A stretch of DNA of 64,000 nt, taken from Lingula anatina (lineage: Eukaryota; Animalia; Brachiopoda). The notes under the pieces are model-generated. The model saw only the letters and a list, made by a program, of their open reading frames with translations. It ran no database searches and had not been told where the DNA came from. Numbering within the stretch: position 1 is the stretch's first letter; every line of letters starts with the position of its first letter. The DNA lies in assembly GCA_051362555.1 (NCBI GenBank), contig CM120640.1, forward strand, positions 49,020,788 to 49,084,787. The letters run 5' to 3'. The translations under genes were made by a program, and so were the position numbers. This document shows positions 13,360 to 25,200 of this stretch, piece after piece.

Positions 13360-13830
13360 TCCTTGTGGTAGTGCTCCTGTCTTGAAGCGGGTGCAAAAGG
13401 GGGAAAAGTCTTGTTTGTGGACGGTTTCGGGTACCAGAAACATAAGACGAGTGGTGGGAACATTTTGTGGCGGTGCTGGAGACCAACATGCAGAGCCAGA
13501 ATCTGGACCAATGTTTCTGATGATCCCAAAGATATCCTCATGGTAAACCCAAATGAACCAGTACATAACCATCCAGATGACTCCTTGACCACACAAGTCA
13601 TCAATGTCCACAGACAGATGCAGGAGGCAAGTGTGTAAGACAGTGCATATGAGGAGAATATACCCATCTGTGGTGGCAAGGACCCAGTGCCAGTGTGTTT
13701 GGGATGTGCTACAATTTAGATCAGTAAAATCATTCATTGAGCACATAAGGCAGGGTGCACTGCCATCTTTACCTCAGTTTATCAATGAGGTGGATGTCAA
13801 TGGGCAGTGGGCCCAAGTTCATTGGGCAGA
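13360..13830 (+). mobile_element. FLYWCH-MULE transposase remnant (second copy)
   Basis: KVLFVDGFGYQKHK..ILWRCWRPTCRARIWT..HNHP is a FLYWCH zinc finger. Confidence 0.7.
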
Positions 13831-13885
13831 AATAGTATACCTTATCAGGAGCTAATGTAGATAAATATTTCAATTATTTGACAGA

Positions 13886-16800
13886 ATGTCTGAAGGAAAT
13901 CGGAAAAAGTCTGTGCTCAGTGACAGGACATTACATCGACATGCTGAGATACCTGCCCAGCAAATTCTTTCTTGTCTTCATGATGAATCATCCAGTGATG
14001 ATAACACCGACATCATGCCAGTAGAGCAACTCATTGAACATGAGGATATATTGTCAACAGCAGATCATGGTATAGGATTCAGCCAAGATGTTTTTTTATG
14101 AAGAATCTGTTTTTTCACATGACAGTGCTCAGGGAAATATGGATATCATGACCAGTGACACTTCAGATGGTGAAGAAGATGGAGATTTTACTAAGAAACT
14201 GAGGGACTGGGTGCAGAACAGATTATTTATAATGTTAATTCACTGACACATTTGGCTTCACATTCTCAAATGTATGGAATTTAACATAATTTTTTCAAGT
14301 TTCCCTTTTGAAACTATCTACAGACTATTAAGCAACTTGTTCAAAAACCAAAATTGCCACTCCAACAAGTGATACGTCTTGCAGAAAGGGAACATGTAAA
14401 AAAAATTAAATTTTCGCAGACATTTGGTAAAAAAGAACATCACAGAGGAGCAGTCCCAGAAGAATATCATCAATGCAAATAATACAAAGATCTTCATATG
14501 GAAAAAATTCTATCAGTAAAGCAACAGGATAACGCTATTTATGTTGGACAAACACCTCTTATAAAAAAATAAGATCACTTTTAATCGAGAACAGAGACTG
14601 ATATGTCAACCATTTATGACCAAAGAAAATTTTATGTATCCAGTGGAATCAAGTAGACTTCACATATGGTCTGTGAATGATCCAAGTGACCAATTAGTGA
14701 GTCCAGAAAAGAAAATCAAATTAAGTTCTATTACCATTTAATAAAAAAATTATTACTCTACAGCCTTCTGTGATACACTGGCAATAAAACGATTAACTTA
14801 TATAACATTTGTATCATCACAGGGAATACATGTTACACTCACAGTTCAGCATCGTCTATATTTCCCCGGAAGAAAATTCAGTTGCAGTGGCCCCTGAAGG
14901 ATGGGTCAAAGGTGACAAGTGCCTTTGGCTCCCCAAGTCAGTGATGAGAGGAGGAAGAGCGATAGAAGAGTGCATTCAACCAGATTCTGATTGGGATGTG
15001 CAAGACTGCCAAGTGTTGGAGTCAACTGGTAAGTGTGTGGAACCAACTAAATAAACATTATCAATATATTTGGAATATAAGAAATGACAATTTGTGCAAC
15101 ATTTGGCCTGTGGCAAATTCTACAGCAAATGTTAACTAGGCTTATTTTTAGGTGACTACATAAAGGCAATGGAAAAGTGCACAAAAGTTGTAAAATCACT
15201 GAACAAAAATATTTTTGATATTGACCTGAATACAACAGACACTGAAGCTAAGAGGAGATGAGGGAACATTATATCATCTTATTACCTGTAAATTGTGTTA
15301 ACTTTCTGACATACCTCATTCATCATTAAGTGCCTTATATTAATTGCAATTGTCTTACTCAATGCATGTTCATCAAAATATAAAATTTCCATTTTCCATA
15401 TCTTTGTTTATGATCATAGTTGCATCACTGACACTCTGAATTTATAATCATAATTATTATAGTAATATATCCATTGTATAAAATGCTCTTTTGCAAAAAA
15501 AGGAGACACCTGCCACCCAGACTAGCAGAAGAGGAAAATTGGAACCTGTGGTACAGACAAAGTCAAACGTTGTTTTATGGCGACGGTCTATAACCTAATT
15601 CTGATGGGATTCACTGCTATGTATTTTGGCCATGACTGTACAAACCACAGATTCAATGCCACATATAAACTCACATGAAGCAGCGGATTCACAGTAACTA
15701 GGTCAAGACATCTAGTCCAATCAGGATAAACTAAGTCTCGCATTTCCACAAGGTATGCACCACCGCGTCTAAGGAAGTGAGTGATAGTAATCTTCCTCAC
15801 TGCTCTCATGCACAATAGTCGCTAGTGAACGAACAACGAATTACATTACATTACGACACTGTACAATTTTTGATTGCCGGATCCTTACACTCGAAGATAC
15901 TCAGTTCCAGAAGTAGACCTCCTAGCTAACAAGTAATTTTTTTCTTTTTCAACCTATTTGTGAGCTTTCTAACTTACGTTCACCATGACAGTTCTAGTCA
16001 TTGGACATTCCTTTGTTCACAGGCTTCGTTCATTTCTCGACCAAGGTTGGGACGTTCAAACAGTGAAAGATTTTGGATTCCCCAATTCCGTGCACTGGCA
16101 CGGGATAGGCGGCTAGACGGTCCCTAAAACTAGTCATGTACAATTTGGGGATCCTTCGCTGGGTCTGCCCGGACTTGGTTGTACTTATTATAGGGTCCAA
16201 CGAACTTTTTGACCATAATATTTCCCCCTCTAACCTATGTAAGGAAATAGAAGATTTAGGCTGTCATTTTAATGACGAATTCGGCATTTCACGTGGTGGT
16301 GAGTTAAGTTCACCACAAACTGCGTCCTCCCCATCCTTCTTTTAATGATCAAGTTGACCAGCTCAACATTTTTCTTGCATATATGGCCTTAAAAAACCTA
16401 TTCATTTCCTTTTGGAAGAAAATAGGTCTGCAGAAAATGACCCGGCTCCACATCAAACTAGACGGTGTGCATCTTTCGGATGTGGGGCAGTAAAAACTAT
16501 ATCGTAGTTTGTGGGGTGCCATTATCAGGAAGGCCTTCCGGCTTGGCATTAAGCTATCTTAATCTCTTCCAGATGACCAGAAGTTATCTCTAATCAGGAA
16601 GATTGTTGTTAAAGGGCAATTTCTTTCTATTAAATTGCAGTAGACTGTTTCATTTGACGTAGGTCCATCACCTGACTCTGGGAGGGACAGGACAAGAAAA
16701 CAATTAACAGGATGATGGAAGCTCTGATGTAATCACCTATGGCTACACAATTCAACTGGAAAGGTCGTGCAAGAGGATATGGCAACAAGGAAAAACACGG

Positions 16801-17140
16801 TTTGTGCAAAACCAATATTGCAAGAGTCATGATTGGTAAGTAAATGTCTGCTGCCAAGTCAAAATTATGTTTCACAATATAATATTTTTCCCACTCTATC
16901 ACCTCTGAAGCCTTAATTTGATTGTAATATCCCTGAAATATATTAAAAAATGTTATAACTGAACATTGTAGACAATATGGGGGCAGCTGGATGTACAACA
17001 GCTCACTGGGTCCAAGACTTACAGAAAAACAAGTACAAAATGTTTGCAGGGCAAGTGAAAATGGATCCATACTTGCCCACCAGGGAAGTGAATCTAAAAT
17101 TGAATTTTGAGGCCTGAAAACAGGTAACTAACAAAGTTAT
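13886..17140 (+). mobile_element. Decayed CACTA/EnSpm-like DNA transposon (transposase remnant plus spliced second ORF), interrupted by SGNH copy C
   Basis: YNVNSLTHL..NFSSFPFE..KPKLPLQQV at about 14225-14375; exon-like FSIVYISPEENSVAVAPEGWV..CLWLP at 14843-15028; MATQFNWKGR (DUF4806-like) at about 16740. Confidence 0.45.
15562..16571 (+). mobile_element. SGNH-hydrolase cassette, copy C (ORF about 15985-16562, with stops and frameshifts)
   Basis: MTVLVIGHSFVHRLRSFLDQGWD, HWHGIGG, IIGSNEL and LDGVHLSDVGQ; colinear with copy A from 15562 to 16571. Confidence 0.75.
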
Positions 17141-17148
17141 GCTGCATG

Positions 17149-18509
17149 CAGGGTTCTGCCCAGGGCGCGACATTGTGGCCCAAAAATTGAAAATGTCGCC
17201 AAAAAATTCCTAGAGATGCGCCGTCAGGCACACTCGTAAAAGGGGACCGAATTTTTCTATAACTGGCGGGTGCGTAATAAGAGCAATTTGATTGGCTGAG
17301 TGCTGGGTGCCGGATCCAATCAGATTTCCGCTTACTGTCTTATCTTATAATCATGGCTGGATGTAATCGCAAACAAAAATCCAAAACTATTAAAGATTTT
17401 TTCCCCCCAAGTTCCTCAGCAAAAGTGTCCAATAAGTTCAGCGAGAATGTATCATCTGAAGATTCAGGAATGCCCTCGCCATCAACATCAGGCAGTGACG
17501 CTGAAGTGCCTGAAACTGTCGAGTCCCCACCCACACCACGTGAGAATAGTGAGTCCGACACTGACAAAGAAACTGTTTCGAAATCAAAATCAACTGCTAA
17601 AGCCCCGAATCAGTTGTCAGATCGACATTTCCAAGACAGTTGGTTGTTAGAATTTCGCTGGTTAGTGTTAAGGAGTCTGATTTCATGAGTTGTAGGTTAT
17701 GTATCAAACGTTCAAAGAAAAACAACATGACCACGGTCAAGTGTAGAAGTTGGAAGAAAACTACTTTGTACAGACATGCAAAAATATCTGATCACAAAGA
17801 GTCTGTTGTTGCTGAGTCAATGGCTGGTGCTTTGGTAAAAAACATTTCAAATATCTGGAGTTAAAAGGAAGCTGCTATTATCTATGCACTAAAAGCTGCA
17901 TTTTGGCTAGCTAAGGAAGATCTTGCCGTCAGTAAGTTTGAGAGCCTTGTTAACTTTTTAATGGACATGAAGTGCCCTGACATTGAGAATCTTAAATGTA
18001 GAGAAAATGTTTCATACACATCAGACAAAGCTGCTGAAGAATTTCTTCATTCCCTTGCCCATACTGCATGCCTGAATGTGAATAAATTGATCAGTAAGTC
18101 CCCCTATGTTAGTTACTGTGTGATGAAACTACAGATGTGGCTGTTAACAAGAAATTGAGTGTGTACTGCAGAGTTATAAACCCAGATACACTTAAGCCCT
18201 CCACCCACTATGTGTGTAATGTTGCAGTTGACAGTGGGAAAGGTAAAGCTATTTACATATATGTTCAGCAGTTTAAAGTTTTAAAGTTAAATTTGGCAGA
18301 CAATTTAGTTTCATTGACACTATCAAGCATTCTGAGGTACAGAAACACCAGTTTAATACAGATTCATTGGATTGAAGAGGCAGACTTATTTCAGTTAAGG
18401 TGAGAATAGTAATTTTATCGTTTGGCCCCCTCTTTTTGAAAATGTCCCCCTTTTTTCAGGTCCAATGTGCCATTTGGCCCCCAAATTTTGATTCCTGGGC
18501 AGATCACTG
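17149..18509 (+). mobile_element. hAT-like DNA transposon, internally deleted (ZNF862-like transposase)
   Basis: TIRs cagggttctgcccagg / cctgggcagatcactg, flanked by duplicated (g)ctgcatg. TTF-type finger RHFQDSWLLEFRWL..MSCRLC and catalytic-region DETTDVAVNKKLSVYCR. Confidence 0.85.
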
Positions 18510-19297
18510 CTGCATGTATTAAAATGTAGCAGACCCCTTGAAGACTGGATATTGTGTCAACATAATCCTCCACTCTAGGGGTAGGGGGCAAATATAATTT
18601 TGTTCTGTATCAGAACCACCTTTTGATGAGAAGCAAAACATTATACTTTGTTTACCACTTTCTGATTTGAATAATTTACACATAATGATGCAGACATACA
18701 GCAGGCAGAACCATGGGGTCAAATGGCAAGAAAGAGAGGGATTTATGAGTGCAACATACAAGAGTGTGCAATCCCTCTACCCAAGATATATATTGAAGAA
18801 ATGAATATTTGTATACATATTGGCCTAGTTGTGAATCATGTCATGACAAGGGCAATAATCGAAGCTAGTAAGGTTGTAAAAGAAACTACTTATATAAAGA
18901 GATTGTGTGAATTCTAACAACCTGGAATCTACAATGCTGTTCTCAAAATAATGAGAAACAAACAACTATTTTACCTAACAGAATCAATATCATATATGCC
19001 ATATGTAATGGCTAAATTTTAATCTCTTAATATTTAATGGTAGCTTTTCACAAGTTGTAGGTATCAATTAATTCAACTTTGTCACATAGTGCAGAGAGTC
19101 ACGTCTTCATGCATATCCATGTATTTGTATATACACCATAACCAATAAAATATACAAGAATGTTCAGATAATGATCCAATTAGTAGTTACAACATAGCAT
19201 GCAGTATGATATACAATAATTGCACTTTACAGGAATGTTGCTGTATTTCAAAGCCCACCTATTGTACAACTTTGAAGATGGTTACTAGGAATCATCA

Positions 19298-22200
19298 TCA
19301 TGTGTCGAGCTTCAATGAATCTTCCTTGAAGGAGAGCAGTAGGTGATACAGGCTGTGGTCAGAGGGAGTCTGTCCATACTGAGCTCTGAGTTGCTGGAAG
19401 TTAGGTCCTAATTCACCCACATCACTTTCTGCTGAATCTGGAGCTGCTTCTTGAACATCCTGGAGCAGAGAAAACAAAAACAATTTGGTGATGCACATGT
19501 AAAATAAGGCAGGCTTAATTAGAGGATGTTATTCAGTAATAAAAACTGTAACTAGAAGTTCTTGATGCTCAAAAGAAAACGGTGTCTGCACCCATACACT
19601 TGATTTAAATAACACACAGATGTTATAATAAATCAGATAAACAGCTTTATTCTTTATTCTTTCATCACATATACTGAAAGATTCTAAGTACTGGGTATTG
19701 GTTGTTTACTATTAATTTTCTATTAAATTATAAGTACATGAATTTGATAATTACAATAACTTGTTAACTTTAGAAATAACCTTTATCATATCTGTCCTCT
19801 TTACAATAGCCTCTCCCTCTGCAGTCTCTGTGATAAGTGGACAGTTGTTGACCAGGTCAAACTTCACTGAGCTGGCATGAGCATGGGAGGTTTGAACACT
19901 GATACACACCTGTATTTGCAAATCAGAGAAAGCATGCAGATACATAATTGTTGATTATAAAGATAACCAGGATATAGTCATACTGTAACCTTAAACAGTA
20001 GGTCACAATGTGTTAATAACGACCACTGTTAAGAAAGGTGTTTCTGTTCCTTTTTTTTTTTTTAAGTTGTTCTCTGTGGTTATTGACTAATTACATATTT
20101 CTGTCACTATAGCACTATAGAGTAATAGGGAACTAGTAATGATATATAACAATTTCATATTCAGCTGTGCTAAGATTCATCTCTTCTGATTCCCCATTAC
20201 TATAATAGTATTATCCATGTAAAATTACATACAAAGCAGCAAAGCTGTCAAATGTACAGACAAAAAGCAGAAAATAATGTTGCACAGAATGGGGCTATTT
20301 TGCCAATTTTGATGCAATAATGCATTATGCTTAACAGCAAAGTCATCAGCAAATTTTAATTATGCACAAAAGGGAACAAAGATGTCAGAAATATGTAACT
20401 AGCATAAGGCTTCAGTATATTTACATAACAATGAATCGTAAACAAAAATAATTGAACCCCCATACTCTAAATCCCAGTAGCTTTCACACTATCAATATAA
20501 AAACCTTACTGTGATATGACTGAGAAGCTTGTATGACTGAGTTCCCAGGCAGCTGTTTACCAGAACCTGATATTCTGATCTGGTCAAGTTCCCTGATGTC
20601 CATTCTAACTGTCCCTCACTGGACACATGAGCCACTAGTCCTTCTTTATTCTTTAGGTACACAGGACCCCTCATTCCATATCTGATTAGGACACCAAATT
20701 TATTTGAAAGCATACTATTACCTTATAACAATCTGCCTTGGAAAGATAACACCCAAAGACTTAAAATGACTAATTTATAAAAACTTATAATCTTTTGGAA
20801 AATCATGTTGATAACTGAACATTTTGTATTAAAAATGGATTACAATAAAAAAATTTTACATCATAAAGAGGGACAAATCTTGTGATTCAAGATTGTATGA
20901 AGGAATAATTTTATGCAATAATTAACACTCATGGAGCTAGTTAAAAGATAACTCACTTTGGCACAAACACCATAACTCCATTAGCTCTAAGCTGAAATAT
21001 CACAGCATCTGCTATACAGTAAGAGTCTTTTTCCGGGCGGTTCTTGAAATAGAGAGCTTGGAACAGTTCTTGAGACTCCCGCTCAGCATATTGAGCAGCC
21101 TGAAGAAAAAACAGTAAGTCTAAAAAACAATCCTGAAGGTCTGACCTAACATCCAGTCATAAGAAATAGAACTTAAAAGCTGGGGAAGCAAAGGAAGAGA
21201 GTTTAGACTAATACAACACAAAGGCTAGAGAACAGAGAGAAAATGATGAACTAGACATTAAATGAAATAAATTAAATAAAGGTCAATTATATCTGAATCA
21301 GATAAAAACATACTCTGTGCTTATCATTGATGTGATGGGCCAGTTCTTCTAAATCTTTGTTGCTCATCAAACAACTTGCATCTTCTTGTCCAAGAGCAGC
21401 AAGCAGTGTTCTATGGACCTGAGGGAAAAATTTAAAGCACATCCAAAATGCTAATAAACACATTGTGTTCACATATTTTGAACCTTTATTTGCTCAATAA
21501 CCATCAACTTGACTTAATGATGTAAATATCGCTCATTTTAAAGGGACATATCTTTCAATTCAGTAACATAAGACCCATGATAAAAATGGCTCAACTAAAA
21601 ACCATTTATACTTACCAAGATATCTGCATACCTTCTAATGGGTGAAGTAAAGTGAGTGTATTTGTCAAGTGCCAGACCATAATGGAAAAACTGGTCCCTG
21701 GGCAGAGAACCAGTGGAGAAATACTGAGCATTGGACATGGCTTGAGTAGCCAAGGTACGCAGAAGCTGAAAGAAAGCAAATGCACGTAATTATATTCTTT
21801 TTTATCATTTTTAAAATAAAATAACTTATTTGTAGAGATTTAAACCTCATTTTCCAAATGAGTTTTTTAAATTGAATTAATAAGCTATTGTAAATATTTT
21901 TTAAACTTGAACTTATTTTCTAAAGAATTGTCCATATAAAAATTCAGATATTATCAGTCAGCAGAAGTGTAGCAGAATCTTTTTTTTTTTTTATTGACAC
22001 AATACATCACGAATACATGACAATACAAAAACAAACAAACAAACAGACACTCGCTCACACACTCACACATAAGAGATGTTATGCCATATAACACTTTTTA
22101 GTTAATTACATCATCGAACGCCAAATATTCAAATTGAAAATAACTTAATTATGTTTCAATTGTACTGACAGATTGACTTATCTGTTTTCACCAGATATCT

Positions 22201-25200
22201 AAGCGATGAAATCAAACCTCCTAATGTTGGTTTACCCTGTGAACATCTTAAATAAATATAAAATTTAAATTGCAACATAATGAGATTAATAATTGGAGAG
22301 AGGCCCGTAGAGCCGACTAAGCAATTCCTTTTTGAGACAGGTAGAGTAACTTGAGTATTAGATAATATATATTCTACCAAGTCGGTCAATAATTTTTGGG
22401 TAACCGCACAATTCCAGAATAAATGCTCTGTTGTTTCTTCAGCTCCTTTGCAAAAGGAACATATACTGTTGTCGACCATTTTATATTTGAAAAGCAGTGA
22501 ATTTGTGGTAAGGATATTATGATTAATTCGAAATTGGAACCAGTGAAGCTTTGAATCTTTTGTTATTGTGAAAGGAAGTTCAAAAATCTTCGGGCATTTA
22601 TTTTCTTCCAAATTTAACAACTCCTTCCATTTATTCATACCTTTTGACATCTCAAGAACACCTACTTTACTTAAAGTTTTATAATAAATCTTTGAGCCTT
22701 TTGAACAACCTGAGAGCAACACTATATGATCAGGAATTAAAGGAGTGGCCATTTTACTTAATTTTTCAGGAATACCACCAAGCCATTCTTTTATGGCTGA
22801 GATAATTCCATGGTATTCAACAAAATTTGTGTCAATACCGTGGATATCCCTGAACGCAGTGAAGTCATAGAACTCCCCAGAGTTCAGGAGTAGATCATTA
22901 ACAAATCTAATGTTTTTGTCATACCACGATGTATAGAAGACAGGTTTATTTCCAATAAGTATGTTTTCATTTAGAAAGAGTGGAATGTTACCAAAATCCT
23001 TGATTTTATTGGCCATTACTGTACCACAGAGTTCTTTCCAGGCTGCTAAGGCATCAATCAAGAATCTATTTTTTATGTTTTTCAAGATTTTTGAGATATA
23101 TTCCAGGTGCGGATCCAGAGATATTTTCTGACAGTCTTCCAAGTTATCTTTGTTGATCCATCCTCCATTTTTGACCGTCTTCCGACAGAAAATATTACAT
23201 GCCCGACAATATAAACTTGAAAATCTGACCGTCTTCCGGAAGACCCAGAAGACCGCCTAAATCCGCCCCTGTATTCTGTACCACATGTAATTAGTTTTTC
23301 AGTGTCTACATATTTGGATATAATATTTTTCCATTCTTTATTTTCGAACATAAGTCTTCTTGCCCATGAAATTTTTAACGATTTTATAAAATGCCTCACG
23401 CTTACCATCCTCAAGCCCCCAGCTTTATAATCTCTTATAATGATATTTCTTTTAATTCTATCAGGTTTATTATTCCAGAGAAAAGAAAAAAGACACTTTT
23501 CTAATTCTTTAATCTGTTTTTCCTCTGGGTTTGGGAGCGATATAAATATATGGTTCAATACCGGCAAGGCTAATGTTTTTATTACTGTTATTTTACCAAT
23601 TGGTGTTATATTTCTTACTCTCCACTGATTAAATATTTTTTTCATGGAAGTTAACTTGGTCTCCATATTTTGCTTCGTTATCTTACCTAAATCTACGTCA
23701 AATTCTATCCCTAGCATTTTGAAACTAGTTTTTCCCCAATCTAATCTATATTTTGGGCAGAGGATATCATTAGAGTATTGCTTTGACCCTATCCATATAA
23801 CTTCAGTTTTAGAGAGATTAATATGCAGACTGGAGATCTTCGAAAATTTATCCAAGACAAACATACATTCATTCAGTGACTTTTCACTCCCGTCAAATAT
23901 AAGAGTAGTGTCATCTGCATATAATGAAATTTTTAATTCTTTTGCACCTATATTAATACCCTTTATATTGTCATTGTTTCGTATAAACGCCGCCAATATT
24001 TCGGCACATAGAATAAAGAGATATGGTGAGAGGGGATCCCCCTGACGGCATCCTCTATTAATTTTAAAGAATTCCGACATATTCCCCCCTTGATTTACTG
24101 TAGCAGAGATGTCATTGTAGAACAATGCAGAATCTTTGTAATACTTGTAAAAAATGGTCATAAAGATTACATTTCAAGTTTCCTTTTTTTTTTTTTTTTT
24201 TTTTTTTTTACAATTTTGAACTCCTGAACACAATATTACTGATTACTATTCCCTATGCCAAATAACATGTCAGAGTAGGCCACATGATGTGATGCCTACA
24301 CATTACACTTACATGGCATAATTTCTTTGCAACACCAATCTGCTCACCTTATTCACAGATGGATCCTGAGGATCCACACACTTATCTAAAGATTCTGCAA
24401 GAGCTTTATTACTGTGTGTTTGGACATCAAATCCCTTGGCCTTGGCACAATTCACCAGATTCTCAAAGTCCTCTTGTCTGGGGAGAGGGTGGTGCCTCAA
24501 CTTAAATAAAAGAAACCAATAATTAAGATAGAAGGCAGGAAAAACTATGATTTTTGTTTTAAAATATAAAATAGGTATTTGTGGTTGAATTATTTCCAAC
24601 CTCTAAATGGAATCTGTTATCATAGTAAATATTTCCAGTAAGAAAGACAAATAAACAGTATTTTTCACTGAACTGGAAAACATAAAACAAGATAAGATCA
24701 AATACAAAATATTCAAATTGCATAACATTCCCTACGTACCAGAGATTGGCTTGGGAAGCTGTCCACTATTTTCTTGGCTACCCAGTGGTTGGCATAGATC
24801 ATGCACTCGGCTATAGTTTCATGGATCTCCAGGGGCTAAATCAAAGGGCAACAATCATACCATAAAAATGTTATAATATAATAGCATCAATACCAGAGCA
24901 GAAACAACACACGTATGCTAGTTCAAGGCACATAAATTGTACTTAATCAAAACATTTGTGCAATAATTCAAATAATCATAATGTAAGCTTTGAAGTAAAG
25001 AGAGCTCAAAGGGCACAAGGACTCTTTATCAATTCCCACAGTTCAAATCTTAAACATGAGAAATTTTCTGTAACTTTCTTCAAGCAAAAAGTTTTATTCC
25101 TTTTCAAAGAGATAAAGTTAGCAAAACATGTTTAAATCTTTCAAGAAAAAATTTCATGCTATTTTATCAATTAGTGCCCCAAAAGTAACAATTGTTTTTT

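Noticed and set aside
23440-24045. Plus-strand ORFs of 62 and 133 aa
   Set aside because: Antisense shadows of the LINE RT ORF.
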